Positions 45,836 through 55,841 of a stretch of DNA of 64,000 nt are shown here, piece after piece. Numbering within the stretch: the first letter of the stretch is position 1; each line of letters opens with the position of its first letter. Made by a program: the position numbers and the translations under genes. The notes below the pieces were generated by a model. It was not told the origin of the DNA. It made no database searches and was given only the letters and a program-made list of their open reading frames with translations. The stretch is from assembly GCA_038125725.1 (NCBI GenBank), contig JAYPEK010000007.1, forward strand, positions 52,139 through 116,138. The letters run 5' to 3'. The DNA is from Rhodospirillaceae bacterium. Lineage in GTDB: Bacteria; Pseudomonadota; Alphaproteobacteria; Rhodospirillales; Casp-alpha2.

Positions 45836-46590
45836 GCGTCTGGGGCAAGGTCATCGGCGGTGTCGCCGGGTTCGCCATGGGCGGTCCCCTGGGCGCCATC
45901 CTGGGCGCCGTCGCCGGCCACGCGGTCGACAAGATGAAGGAGGCGGAGGCCCAGGCGCGCGGTGACGCCGCCTTCGACGGCTTCGACCAGGACGCCCGCC
46001 AGGTCGCCTTCACCACCGCCGTCATCGTTTTGTCGGCGAAGATGGCCAAGGCCGACGGCCGGGTCAGCGCCGACGAGATCGCGGCCTTCAAGACCATCTT
46101 CCACATTCCGCCGGAAGAGACCTCGCACGTGGCCCGCATCTGGGACGAGGCCAAGCGCGAGCCCGGCGGCTACGAGCCCTACGCCCAACAGATCGCGCAG
46201 TTGTTCCGCCACGAGCCGGCGGTGATGGAAGAGATCATCGGCGCGCTGTTCCATATCGCCAAGGCCGACGGCGTCGTGCATCCGGCGGAGATGGAACTGC
46301 TCACCCGCATCGCCATGATCTTCGGCTTCACCCCCCAGGGCTTCGAGCGCTTGAAGCATATCCACCTGGGTTCCGACGGCGCGGACGATCCCTACGAGGT
46401 GCTCGGCATCGACCGCTCGGCCACGGACGAAGAGGTCAAGCGCACCTACCGCAAGCTGATCCGCGAAAACCATCCCGATACCCTGATGGCGCAAGGCGTG
46501 CCGCAGGAATTCATCGACCTCGCCAACGAAAAGATGGCGACCATCAACGCCGCCTACGACCGCATCGAGAAGCAGCGCGGCCTCAAGTAA
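45832..46590 (+). CDS. djlA: DjlA-type co-chaperone (TerB-like domain plus C-terminal J domain)
   Basis: GTG at 45832 overlaps the upstream stop (GTGA). It has a glycine-zipper N-terminal TM helix (VIGGVAGFAMGGPLGAILGAVAG). The C-terminal J domain has DPYEVLGI...HPD. Confidence 0.8.
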   Translation: MSVWGKVIGGVAGFAMGGPLGAILGAVAGHAVDKMKEAEAQARGDAAFDGFDQDARQVAFTTAVIVLSAKMAKADGRVSADEIAAFKTIFHIPPEETSHVARIWDEAKREPGGYEPYAQQIAQLFRHEPAVMEEIIGALFHIAKADGVVHPAEMELLTRIAMIFGFTPQGFERLKHIHLGSDGADDPYEVLGIDRSATDEEVKRTYRKLIRENHPDTLMAQGVPQEFIDLANEKMATINAAYDRIEKQRGLK

Positions 46591-46591
46591 C

Positions 46592-47269
46592 GTGATCGAG
46601 ACTCCGTCACCCAATTTCGAGCCACGTCCCGAAGGCGCGGTGATCGACATGCTGGTGGTGCACTATACCGGCATGCGTTCGGCCGCCTCCGCGCTGGATC
46701 GGCTCCGCGATCCGGAAGCCAAGGTCAGCGCGCATTACCTGATCGACGACGACGGGACCTTGCACCGGCTTGTCGCGGAAGAAATGCGCGCCTGGCACGC
46801 CGGCGTCTCCCATTGGCGGGGCGCGACGGACATCAACAGCCGCTCCGTCGGTATCGAACTGGTCAACCCCGGCCACGAGTTCGGCTACCGCGTCTTTCCC
46901 GAGGCACAGATCGCGGCGTTTCGCGAACTGGCGCTCGAAATCCTGGCGCGCCACCCGATCCCGCCTGGCAACGTCGTCGGCCATTCCGACGTGGCGCCGA
47001 CGCGCAAGACCGACCCCGGCGAGTTCTTCCCCTGGCAAGACATGGCCGCCGCCGGCATCGGGCTCTGGCCTGCCGACGCCGATCACCTGGAGATGGATAC
47101 CGCCGCGCTCGGCGCGATGCTTGCCGAGATCGGCTACGACGTCAGCGATTTCCCCGCCGCGCTGAAAGCGTTCCAGCGTCACTTCCGCCCGGAACGGGTG
47201 AACGGCCGCGTCGATGCCGAAACGGCGCGCCGCGTCGCCGGGTTGCGGGAGCTCATCGCCGGGGTTTGA
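46592..47269 (+). CDS. ampD: N-acetylmuramoyl-L-alanine amidase, amidase_2 family (AmpD-like)
   Basis: 225 aa. Contains VVHYTGM, SAHYLIDDDG, AWHAG.S.W, NSRSVGIEL and GHSD motifs. Confidence 0.8.
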   Translation: MIETPSPNFEPRPEGAVIDMLVVHYTGMRSAASALDRLRDPEAKVSAHYLIDDDGTLHRLVAEEMRAWHAGVSHWRGATDINSRSVGIELVNPGHEFGYRVFPEAQIAAFRELALEILARHPIPPGNVVGHSDVAPTRKTDPGEFFPWQDMAAAGIGLWPADADHLEMDTAALGAMLAEIGYDVSDFPAALKAFQRHFRPERVNGRVDAETARRVAGLRELIAGV

Positions 47270-47299
47270 AGTTTTCCCGTTCGTGACTAGAATGCCGCC

Positions 47300-47680
<381 letters not shown>

Positions 47681-47855
47681 ACTTTCTTTTTCAATTCCGA
47701 TTTCATCGCTGATCAGGCGCCCCAGCAGACGCCCCCGAATGGTCGTTCCGCCGCCGCATTGGCGCCCCATTGGGAGGCGACCCTGCGTCCATGAACGCTG
47801 GGCGATATCCGACTGAAAAACCGGCGGTTTTCGCCGTTGCGAAACCGTTTGTTAA

Positions 47856-47920
47856 CCCATGCTGTGCCACCTTTAACCCGTTGACGCCCATTATATACCA
47901 TGCTATCCCATTAATACCCA
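47856..47920. repeat. 10-bp-phased CCCA (TGGG on the other strand) repeat array upstream of mraZ; candidate MraZ operator
   Basis: CCCA, ACCA, CCCA and CCCA end at 47890, 47900, 47910 and 47920, at exact 10-bp spacing. The units are TTGACGCCCA, TTATATACCA, TGCTATCCCA and TTAATACCCA. Three weaker units lie upstream, ending at 47859, 47869 and 47879. Confidence 0.5.
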
Positions 47921-48073
47921 AATTAGGCCTAAGGATATTGGGTGTCACGGGTGAGGTCGCGGATGGGCCCGGGTCGGCCATTCGCAATCCTCTCCAATTG
48001 GACGGTCGGGAAAATCCCGCCCGTCCGCTCGACCGGCAGAAGCCGGTGCAACGCGCGTTAACTGGGGGCCAGG

Positions 48074-48553
48074 ATGACTTTGTTCGTCGGCCGGCACGTC
48101 AACAAGATCGATACCAAGGGGCGGGTTTCCGTGCCCAAGCCGTTCCGTGCCGCCTTGCAGGCGCAGGGTTCCCAGATTCTCTATGCCTATCCGCTGTTCA
48201 AGCACGCCGCCATCGAGGCCTGCGGCGAAGACTTCATGGCGCGCCTGAGCGCCAGCTTGGACGACCTCGACATGTTCTCCGACGAACAGGACGACCTGGC
48301 CGCCATCGTCCTGGAGAACGCCCACCCCCTCAACTTCGACCCGGAAGGGCGCATCATGCTGCCGCGTGAACTGGCCGATCATGCCGGCATCAAGGGCCAG
48401 GTGGCCTTCGTCGGCCGCGGTGCCCGGTTCCAGATTTGGGAACCCACGGCCTACCAGGCCAACCGTTCCATGGCCTTCGAGCGCGCCCGCGCCCGGGGCG
48501 CCACCCTGAAACTGCGGCCCGGCGAGGCCGATCCGGAAAGCGGTGCGTCATGA
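48074..48553 (+). CDS. mraZ: Transcriptional regulator MraZ
   Basis: 159 aa with two SpoVT/AbrB-like halves carrying DxxxR motifs (DTKGRVSVP and DPEGRIMLP). It is the first gene of the dcw cluster. Confidence 0.92.
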   Translation: MTLFVGRHVNKIDTKGRVSVPKPFRAALQAQGSQILYAYPLFKHAAIEACGEDFMARLSASLDDLDMFSDEQDDLAAIVLENAHPLNFDPEGRIMLPRELADHAGIKGQVAFVGRGARFQIWEPTAYQANRSMAFERARARGATLKLRPGEADPESGAS

Positions 48554-49509
48554 CCCGGCGCCCGCACATCCCCGTCATGGTCAACGAAGTGGTCGCGGCG
48601 CTTTCGCCCCGCGACGGTGCCGTCTACGTCGACGCCACCTTCGGCGCCGGCGGCTATTCCCGCGCTTTGCTGGAAGCCGCCGACTGCACCGTCTGGGGTA
48701 TCGACCGCGACCCGTTGGCGGTGGCGCTCGGCCGCGATCTTTCGAAGGACTACGGCGGGCGCCTGACGGTCCTGAGTGGCCGCTTCGGCGACATGCGGGA
48801 GCTGTTGGCCGAGGTCGGCGTTTCCGCCATCGACGGCGTGGCGCTGGACCTGGGCGTTTCCTCCATGCAGATCGACGACCCGGCGCGCGGCTTTTCCTTC
48901 CGCGCCGACGGTCCCCTCGACATGCGCATGAGCACCGACGACGCGGACACCCCCACCGCGGCCGACGTGGTCAACCGCATGGCCGAACAGGAGCTGGCCG
49001 ACATCATCTATGCCTATGGCGAGGAACGCGCATCGCGCAAGATCGCCAAGGCCATCGTCGAACTGCGCGCGAAGGCGCCGATCCGCCGCACCGAGGAACT
49101 GGCCGGCCTGATCCGCCGCGTCGTGCGCGGCTCCAAGGACGGCATCGACCCCGCGACCCGCACCTTCCAGGCGCTCCGCATCTACGTCAACGAAGAGCTG
49201 ATGGAGCTGGAGAAGGCGCTCGCCGCCGCCGAGGCGCTTCTGGTGCCGGGCGGGCGCATCGCCGTCGTCTCCTTCCATTCGCTGGAAGACCGCCGCGTGA
49301 AACTGTTCCTGCAGGACCGTGCCGGCCAGGGCCCCAGGCCGTCCAGGCACCTGCCCGACGCCGGCCCCACGCAGGTGCCGACCTTCACCCTCGCCAAGCG
49401 GGGTGCTCTGAAACCCAGCTCGCAGGAATGCGCCGCCAACCCGCGCGCCCGCTCGGCCCGGTTGCGCGCCGCCGAGCGCACCGACGCGCCGGCGCGGGCC
49501 GCGGCATAG
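48550..49509 (+). CDS. rsmH: 16S rRNA (cytosine1402-N4)-methyltransferase
   Basis: ATG at 48550 overlaps the mraZ stop (ATGA). Contains [19 protein letters not shown] and [10 protein letters not shown] motifs. Confidence 0.93.
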   Translation: MTRRPHIPVMVNEVVAALSPRDGAVYVDATFGAGGYSRALLEAADCTVWGIDRDPLAVALGRDLSKDYGGRLTVLSGRFGDMRELLAEVGVSAIDGVALDLGVSSMQIDDPARGFSFRADGPLDMRMSTDDADTPTAADVVNRMAEQELADIIYAYGEERASRKIAKAIVELRAKAPIRRTEELAGLIRRVVRGSKDGIDPATRTFQALRIYVNEELMELEKALAAAEALLVPGGRIAVVSFHSLEDRRVKLFLQDRAGQGPRPSRHLPDAGPTQVPTFTLAKRGALKPSSQECAANPRARSARLRAAERTDAPARAAA

Positions 49510-49520
49510 GAGGGACGGCC

Positions 49521-49871
49521 ATGCGATCCACAACCCTGGTCATCGTTCTCGTCGCCGTCGCCATCGGCGTCGGCCTGTTCATGGTCAAGTACCGGGTCCA
49601 GGACCTGGAAGACCAGTTGGTGCAGATCAACAGCGAAATCGCCAAGGACCGCGAGGCCATTCAGGTGCTGCGCGCCGAATGGAGCCACCTGAACGAGCCG
49701 GACCGCTTGCGCGGCCTCGCCGACAAGTACCTCGGCATGAAGCCGGTGCCGGTAGGCCATGTGGCCAGCCGCGCCGCCATGGACGACAAACTTCCGGTCC
49801 GGCCGAAAGCGCCGGACGTCGCGCTCGAAAATCCGGGCGAAACCGACTCCAGAAAGGAGCCCAGCCAATGA
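49521..49871 (+). CDS. ftsL: Cell division protein FtsL
   Basis: 116 aa. It has a single N-terminal TM helix followed by a coiled coil. Its position between rsmH and ftsI is the expected one. Confidence 0.8.
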   Translation: MRSTTLVIVLVAVAIGVGLFMVKYRVQDLEDQLVQINSEIAKDREAIQVLRAEWSHLNEPDRLRGLADKYLGMKPVPVGHVASRAAMDDKLPVRPKAPDVALENPGETDSRKEPSQ

Positions 49872-51823
49872 CCCAAGTGGGACAACGGATCGTCGCCAAG
49901 CGGCGCCAGATGGAAGGCATGCGCAAGCAGGCCTTGGAAACCGGCCGTAACCGGCTTCTGGTGGCGGCGGTGATGATGACCATGGCCTTCGCCGGCATCG
50001 CCGGGCGCCTGGTCGACCTGGCGGTGATCGAAGGCGGCTACGAGCCGCGCACCGCCGATGCCGAAGGCGCCAGCCAGGCCACGTCCGGGCGGCGCAACAT
50101 CGTCGACCGCAACGGCATGATCCTGGCCACCAGCCTGCCGACCGTGTCTCTATATGCCGATCCCGCCCAGGTGCTGGACCCGGCGGAAGCGGCGGTGAAG
50201 ATCGCCGGCGTTCTGCCCGAGGTCGATGCCGGCGAACTGGAGAAACGGCTTTCCGGCAAGGGCCGCTTCGTCTGGCTGGCGCGCAACCTGACGCCGAAGC
50301 AGCATTATAATGTCAACCGCCTCGGCCTGCCGGGGATCGACTTCCATCACGGCGAGCGCCGTGTCTACCCGCACGGTAAACTCGCTTCGCATGTGCTCGG
50401 CCTCACCGATGTCGACGGCCGTGGCGTTGCCGGCGTCGAGAAGCAGTTCGACCGGGCGCTGCGCACCGGCGCGGGGGCGTTGCGCCTCTCGCTGGATTTG
50501 CGCGTGCAGTCGGTGCTGCATGGCGAACTGGCCGCCGCCAAGGAAGAGTTCCAGGCCATCGGCGCCGCCGGCATCGTCATGGACGTGGTCACAGGCGAAG
50601 TCCTGGCCATGGTGTCGCTGCCCGATTACGACCCCAACAACACCGAGACCATGACCGCCGACGCCGCCTTCAATCGCGCCGCCAAGGGCGTCTACGAGAT
50701 GGGCTCCACCTTCAAGCTGTTCACCGCCGCCATGGCGCTGGACGCCGGCGTGGTCGACGTTACCGACGGCTACGACGCCTCGAAGCCGATCCGCGTGGCG
50801 CGCTTCACCATTTCCGACTATCACGCCAAGAACCGCTGGCTGTCGGTGCCCGAGATCATCCTGCATTCGTCCAACATCGGTGCCGCCAAGATGGCCATGG
50901 ACGTGGGCACCAAGGGCCAGCAGGACTATCTGGCGAAGTTCGGCCTGACGACGCCGGCGCATCTGGAACTGCCCGAGGTCGGCCATCCGCTGCTGCCCAG
51001 TGTCTGGCGTCCCATCAACACCATGACCATTTCCTACGGCCACGGCATTTCCGTCAGCCCCGTGCATTTGGTCGCCGGCATCAGCGCCATGGTCAACGGC
51101 GGCGTGCTGCGCGCGCCGACCATCCTGAAGGCCGCCGACCACGCGCCCAAGGTCGGCCCGCGCGCCATCAGCGCCGAGACGTCTGAGAAGCTGCGCGGCC
51201 TGATGCGCCTCGTGGTTACCAATGGCACCGGCCGCAAGGCCGACGTGAAAGGGTATTTGGTCGGCGGCAAGACCGGCACCGCCGAGAAGAGCTCCAAGCG
51301 CGGCTATTCCAAGTCGGCCAAGTTGTCATCGTTCGTTGGCGCCTTTCCGCTGGACGCGCCCAAGTACGTGGTGCTGGCGGTCCTGGACGAACCGGTCGGC
51401 AACAAGAAGACCTTCAACTACGCCACCGGCGGCTGGGTCGCGGCCCCGGTGGTCGGCAACGTGATCTCGCGCATGGCGCCGATGGTCGGCATCGCACCGC
51501 AGCCGGGCATCGAGATCGACCTTCCGCCGCTGCCGGATAGCGAAAAGCAGCGCATCGCCAAGGCGAAACCGCCGGTCCAGACACGCCAGGCGGTCTACCG
51601 GCCGGATGCGGCGCCGAAGCGTGATTCCTGGGCCGACGATGTCGCCCGTGCCGTCGGCCTGGAGCCCCGGCCCGCCGCGCACCTGCACCAGACCAAGGCG
51701 GAAGCGGATCTGGTGCTGCGCGCGCGCCAGGCGCTGACCCGCGCGGTGACGGCGCGCGAGCAGCACCGGCAACTGCTGTCGACGGCGGTATCGCTGGTGG
51801 AGCGGGATGTTGCGTCTCGCTGA
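49868..51823 (+). CDS. ftsI: Peptidoglycan D,D-transpeptidase FtsI (PBP3)
   Basis: ATG at 49868 overlaps the ftsL stop (ATGA). It has a TM anchor, then the STFK, SSN and KTGT motifs. It carries a C-terminal extension of roughly 100 aa. Confidence 0.92.
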   Translation: MTQVGQRIVAKRRQMEGMRKQALETGRNRLLVAAVMMTMAFAGIAGRLVDLAVIEGGYEPRTADAEGASQATSGRRNIVDRNGMILATSLPTVSLYADPAQVLDPAEAAVKIAGVLPEVDAGELEKRLSGKGRFVWLARNLTPKQHYNVNRLGLPGIDFHHGERRVYPHGKLASHVLGLTDVDGRGVAGVEKQFDRALRTGAGALRLSLDLRVQSVLHGELAAAKEEFQAIGAAGIVMDVVTGEVLAMVSLPDYDPNNTETMTADAAFNRAAKGVYEMGSTFKLFTAAMALDAGVVDVTDGYDASKPIRVARFTISDYHAKNRWLSVPEIILHSSNIGAAKMAMDVGTKGQQDYLAKFGLTTPAHLELPEVGHPLLPSVWRPINTMTISYGHGISVSPVHLVAGISAMVNGGVLRAPTILKAADHAPKVGPRAISAETSEKLRGLMRLVVTNGTGRKADVKGYLVGGKTGTAEKSSKRGYSKSAKLSSFVGAFPLDAPKYVVLAVLDEPVGNKKTFNYATGGWVAAPVVGNVISRMAPMVGIAPQPGIEIDLPPLPDSEKQRIAKAKPPVQTRQAVYRPDAAPKRDSWADDVARAVGLEPRPAAHLHQTKAEADLVLRARQALTRAVTAREQHRQLLSTAVSLVERDVASR

Positions 51824-53297
51824 GATATTGAAAGGAAACGGATATTTGCTGACGGCGGCGGCTGCCACGAACGAATTGAACATCACCGGAATCACTTGTG
51901 ATTCGCGCCGGGTCGAGCCCGGCTACCTTTTTGCCGCCATGCCCGGCACCCAGATCGACGGTCGGCACTTTATCCCCGACGCCATCGGGCGCGGCGCCGC
52001 CGCCATCCTGGCGCCCGCCGGCACCCAACCGGACCCGGCGCACCCCGGCGTGGCGATGATCACCGACCCCGACCCCCGCCGCCTCTATGCACTGATGGCG
52101 GCGAATTTCTACGCCCGCCAGCCGGCCACCGTGGCCGCTGTCACCGGCACCAGTGGCAAAACCTCGACGGCGCATTTCCTGCGCCAGATCTGGAACCATC
52201 TCGGCCTCAAGGCCGGTGCCATGGGGACGCTCGGCGTCGTCGCCACCGGGCCCGAAGGCGATCAACTGTTGCCGGCCGACGACAAGGCGCTCACCACCCC
52301 CGATGCCGCCGATCTGCACCGCCAATTGCGTGAGCTCGCCGACGCCGGCGTCGATCACCTGGCCATGGAGGCCTCCTCGCACGGCCTCGACCAGCGCCGC
52401 CTCGATGGGGTGCGGATTTCCGCCGCCGCCTTCACCAATCTGTCGCACGACCACCTGGATTACCACGTCACCGAAAGCGCCTACCTGGATGCCAAGGTGC
52501 GGCTGTTCCGCGAACTCCTGGTCGACGGCGGCACCGCCGTGGTCAACGGCGACCAGCTTTATGCCGACGCCGTCATCGCGGCGTGCCGGGGACGCGGCCT
52601 GCCGCTGATCCGCTATGGCCGCTCCGGCGACCGGGTGCGGCTCGTGTCGCTCGAGGCCCGTGCCGACGGCCAGGCCATGACCGTCGAGGTCGATGGCCGC
52701 GCCTTTGATGTGACGCTTTCGCTGGTCGGCGATTTCCAGGCCTCCAACGCGCTCTGCGCCCTTTCGCTGGCGCTCGCCACCGGCGCCGCGCCGGGTGCCG
52801 CCATCGCCGCGCTCACGGGGCTGACGGGTGCGCCCGGGCGCATGCAATGGATCGCCAACAGCGCCAAGGGCGGCGCCGTCTACGTCGATTACGCGCATAA
52901 GCCCGACGCCCTCGACCGCGCGCTCGCGGCGCTCCGGCCGCACGCCAAGGGCCGGCTCGGCGTCGTCTTCGGCTGCGGCGGCGACCGCGACGCCGCCAAG
53001 CGCCCGGAGATGGGTACCATCGCCAAGCACCGCGCCGACTGGACCATCGTCACCGACGACAACCCGCGATCCGAGGATCCGGCGGAAATCCGTCGCGCCA
53101 TCCTCGCCGCCGCCACGGATGCGCGCGAGATCGGCGATCGCCGGGACGCCATCGCCGCCGGCATCGCCGCGCTGCAGGAGGGCGATCTGCTGGTCGTCGC
53201 CGGCAAGGGCCACGAGACCGGCCAGATCGTCGGCGACGAGGTTTTCCCCTTCAACGACGCCGACGTGATCCGGGACCTGATCGGAGCCGGCGCATGA
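51807..53297 (+). CDS. murE: UDP-N-acetylmuramoyl-L-alanyl-D-glutamate--2,6-diaminopimelate ligase
   Basis: 496 aa. P-loop GTSGKTST and a Mur ligase middle and C-terminal domain (DNPR motif). It sits in the expected dcw position. Confidence 0.93.
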   Translation: MLRLAEILKGNGYLLTAAAATNELNITGITCDSRRVEPGYLFAAMPGTQIDGRHFIPDAIGRGAAAILAPAGTQPDPAHPGVAMITDPDPRRLYALMAANFYARQPATVAAVTGTSGKTSTAHFLRQIWNHLGLKAGAMGTLGVVATGPEGDQLLPADDKALTTPDAADLHRQLRELADAGVDHLAMEASSHGLDQRRLDGVRISAAAFTNLSHDHLDYHVTESAYLDAKVRLFRELLVDGGTAVVNGDQLYADAVIAACRGRGLPLIRYGRSGDRVRLVSLEARADGQAMTVEVDGRAFDVTLSLVGDFQASNALCALSLALATGAAPGAAIAALTGLTGAPGRMQWIANSAKGGAVYVDYAHKPDALDRALAALRPHAKGRLGVVFGCGGDRDAAKRPEMGTIAKHRADWTIVTDDNPRSEDPAEIRRAILAAATDAREIGDRRDAIAAGIAALQEGDLLVVAGKGHETGQIVGDEVFPFNDADVIRDLIGAGA

Positions 53298-54736
53298 GCA
53301 AGGTGATCTGGACCGCAACTGACGCCGCCGCCGCCACCCGTGGCGAAGCCGCCGGTGATTGGGCGGCCACGGGCGTCGTCATCGACAGCCGCCAGGTGGG
53401 CGAAGGCGATCTCTTTATCGCCATTGCCGGTCCCAACCACGATGGCCACGACTTCGCCGCTCAAGCGCTTGCGCAGGGCGCCGCCGCCGTCCTGGTGGAG
53501 AAGCAGAAGGCCCAAGGCCTCGATCCGGAAAAGGTGCTGGCCGTCGATGACACCATGGCGGCGCTGGAAGACCTGGCCCGCGCCGCGCGCGACCGCACCG
53601 AGGCCCGCATCGCCGCCGTCACCGGCAGCGTCGGCAAGACCGGCACCAAGGAGGCGCTGGGCCTGGCGTTGCGCGCCCAGACCGACGACGGTGCCGTCAG
53701 CGTCACCGAGGGCAATCTCAACAACCACTGGGGTCTGCCCTTGAGCCTGGCGCGCATGGCCGCCGACACGCGTTACGGCGTCTTCGAGATGGGCATGAAC
53801 CATGCCGGTGAAATCTCGCCGCTGTCGCGCATGGCGCGCCCGCATGTGGCCTTGATCACCACCGTCGCCCATACCCACAGCGAATATTTCGACGGCCTGG
53901 AAGCCATCGCCGATGCCAAGGCGGAGATTTTCGACGGCATCACCGAAGAGGGCACCGCCGTCCTCAACCGCGACAACCCGATGTTTCCGCGCCTGGAAGC
54001 GGCGGCAAGGCGCGCCGGTGTCGGGCGTATCGTCACCTTCGGCGCCGGCGTTGAGGCCGATTGCCGGCTGCTGGCATTCACTGCCGATGCGGAAGGCAGC
54101 GAGATCGAAGCCGAGATCGCCGGGCGCAAGATCGATTGCCGCCTGGGCCAGCCGGGCCGGCACCTGGCGCTCAATTCGCTGGGCGTGCTGGCCGCCGTAG
54201 ACGCCCTCGGCGCCGACGTGGAACTGGCGGCGCAGGCGCTCCGCTACCTGGCGGGGCTGCCCGGCCGCGGCGAGCGCATGCGGGTGGCGTTGGCGCATGG
54301 CGGCTTCGACCTCATCGACGAGAGCTACAACGCCTCGCCGGTTTCCATGGCCGCCGCCATCCAGGTGCTTGCCGCCAGCCGGCCGATGCCGGGCGGGCGC
54401 CGCATCGCGGTGCTCGGCGACATGCTGGAACTGGGCGACAAGGCCGAAACCCTGCACGCCGCGCTGGTGGCGCCGCTGGCCGAGGGCGGCATCGACAAAG
54501 TCTTCACCTGCGGTGCGCATATGCAGGCGCTCTGGAACGCGCTGCCCGCCGACATGCGGGGCGGCCATGCGGCCAGCGCCGACGCGCTGGCGCCGCTGGT
54601 CACCGCCTTCGTCGATGCCGGCGACGTGGTCATGGTCAAGGGCTCCAACGGCAGCCGCACGGCGGCCATCGTTGCCGGGCTCAAGGAACTGGACGATGCG
54701 GCCGGCACCCGGCCGCGCGTGGTGAACGGGGGCTGA
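53294..54736 (+). CDS. murF: UDP-N-acetylmuramoyl-tripeptide--D-alanyl-D-alanine ligase
   Basis: 480 aa. P-loop GSVGKTGTKE. The start overlaps the murE stop (ATGA). Confidence 0.93.
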   Translation: MSKVIWTATDAAAATRGEAAGDWAATGVVIDSRQVGEGDLFIAIAGPNHDGHDFAAQALAQGAAAVLVEKQKAQGLDPEKVLAVDDTMAALEDLARAARDRTEARIAAVTGSVGKTGTKEALGLALRAQTDDGAVSVTEGNLNNHWGLPLSLARMAADTRYGVFEMGMNHAGEISPLSRMARPHVALITTVAHTHSEYFDGLEAIADAKAEIFDGITEEGTAVLNRDNPMFPRLEAAARRAGVGRIVTFGAGVEADCRLLAFTADAEGSEIEAEIAGRKIDCRLGQPGRHLALNSLGVLAAVDALGADVELAAQALRYLAGLPGRGERMRVALAHGGFDLIDESYNASPVSMAAAIQVLAASRPMPGGRRIAVLGDMLELGDKAETLHAALVAPLAEGGIDKVFTCGAHMQALWNALPADMRGGHAASADALAPLVTAFVDAGDVVMVKGSNGSRTAAIVAGLKELDDAAGTRPRVVNGG

Positions 54737-54742
54737 CGGGCG

Positions 54743-55831
54743 ATGCTTTACCATATCCTCGTTCCCCTGGCGGACCAGTTCGGCGCGCTCAACGTCTTCC
54801 GCTACCTGACCTTCCGCACCGGCGGCGCGGTCATTACCGCGCTGATCATCAGCTTCCTGTTCGGCCCGGTGCTGATCGAGATGCTGAAGTCGCGCCAGAA
54901 GGGCGGCCAGCCGATCCGCGCCGACGGGCCGGAATCGCACCTGCTCACCAAACAGGGCACGCCGACCATGGGCGGCGTGCTGATCCTGTTGGCGCTCGGC
55001 CTGGCGACGCTCTTGTGGGCCGATCTCGGCAACGGCTTCATCTGGGCGGCGCTCGGCGTCACGCTGGCGTTCGGCACCATCGGCTTCCTCGACGACTACA
55101 TGAAGGTCTCGAAGCGCGACAGCCGCGGCCTGCCGGGCAAGTTGAAACTGCTGATGCAGGTCGTCATCGCCGCCATCGCCACCTTCTGGATCATGCGCCA
55201 CCTGCCGGCCGAGATGGTGACGACCCTGACCATCCCGTTCTTCAAGAATATCATTCTGAACCTGGGATGGATGTTCATTGTCTTCGCCGTGTTCGTCATG
55301 GTTGGCGCGTCCAACGCCGTCAACCTGACCGACGGCCTCGACGGCCTGGCCATCGTGCCGGTGATGATCGCCGCCGGGGTGTTCGCGGCCATCGCTTACC
55401 TGTCGGGCCACAGCGTCTTCGCCAACTACCTGCAGATCCACCACATTCCGGGCGCCGGCGAATTGGCGGTGTTCTGCGGCGCGCTGGTGGGCTCGGCGCT
55501 CGGTTTCCTGTGGTTCAACGCGCCGCCGGCCAAGGTGTTCATGGGCGACACCGGTTCGTTGGCGCTGGGCGGCGCCTTGGGCGCCATCAGCGTGATCACC
55601 AAGCACGAGCTGGTGCTGGCCATCGTCGGCGGGCTGTTCGTCCTGGAGACGGTGAGCGTCGTCGTCCAGGTGGTGTCGTTCAAGCTGACCGGCAAGCGCG
55701 TCTTCGCCATGGCGCCGCTGCACCATCATTTCGAAAAGAAGGGCTGGGCCGAGAGCACCATCGTCATCCGGTTCTGGATCATCGCCATGATCCTGGCCCT
55801 GGCGGGTCTTTCGACCCTGAAGCTCAGGTGA
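54743..55831 (+). CDS. mraY: Phospho-N-acetylmuramoyl-pentapeptide transferase
   Basis: 362 aa with about 10 TM helices. Contains [19 protein letters not shown] and HHHFE motifs. Confidence 0.95.
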   Translation: MLYHILVPLADQFGALNVFRYLTFRTGGAVITALIISFLFGPVLIEMLKSRQKGGQPIRADGPESHLLTKQGTPTMGGVLILLALGLATLLWADLGNGFIWAALGVTLAFGTIGFLDDYMKVSKRDSRGLPGKLKLLMQVVIAAIATFWIMRHLPAEMVTTLTIPFFKNIILNLGWMFIVFAVFVMVGASNAVNLTDGLDGLAIVPVMIAAGVFAAIAYLSGHSVFANYLQIHHIPGAGELAVFCGALVGSALGFLWFNAPPAKVFMGDTGSLALGGALGAISVITKHELVLAIVGGLFVLETVSVVVQVVSFKLTGKRVFAMAPLHHHFEKKGWAESTIVIRFWIIAMILALAGLSTLKLR

Positions 55832-55841
55832 GGGGGCGCGG

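Noticed and set aside
52889-55729. 946-aa minus-strand ORF
   Set aside because: It is antisense to murF and mraY, which carry unambiguous motifs. The composition is Arg/Ala/Gly/His-rich, as expected for a GC3-driven shadow ORF.
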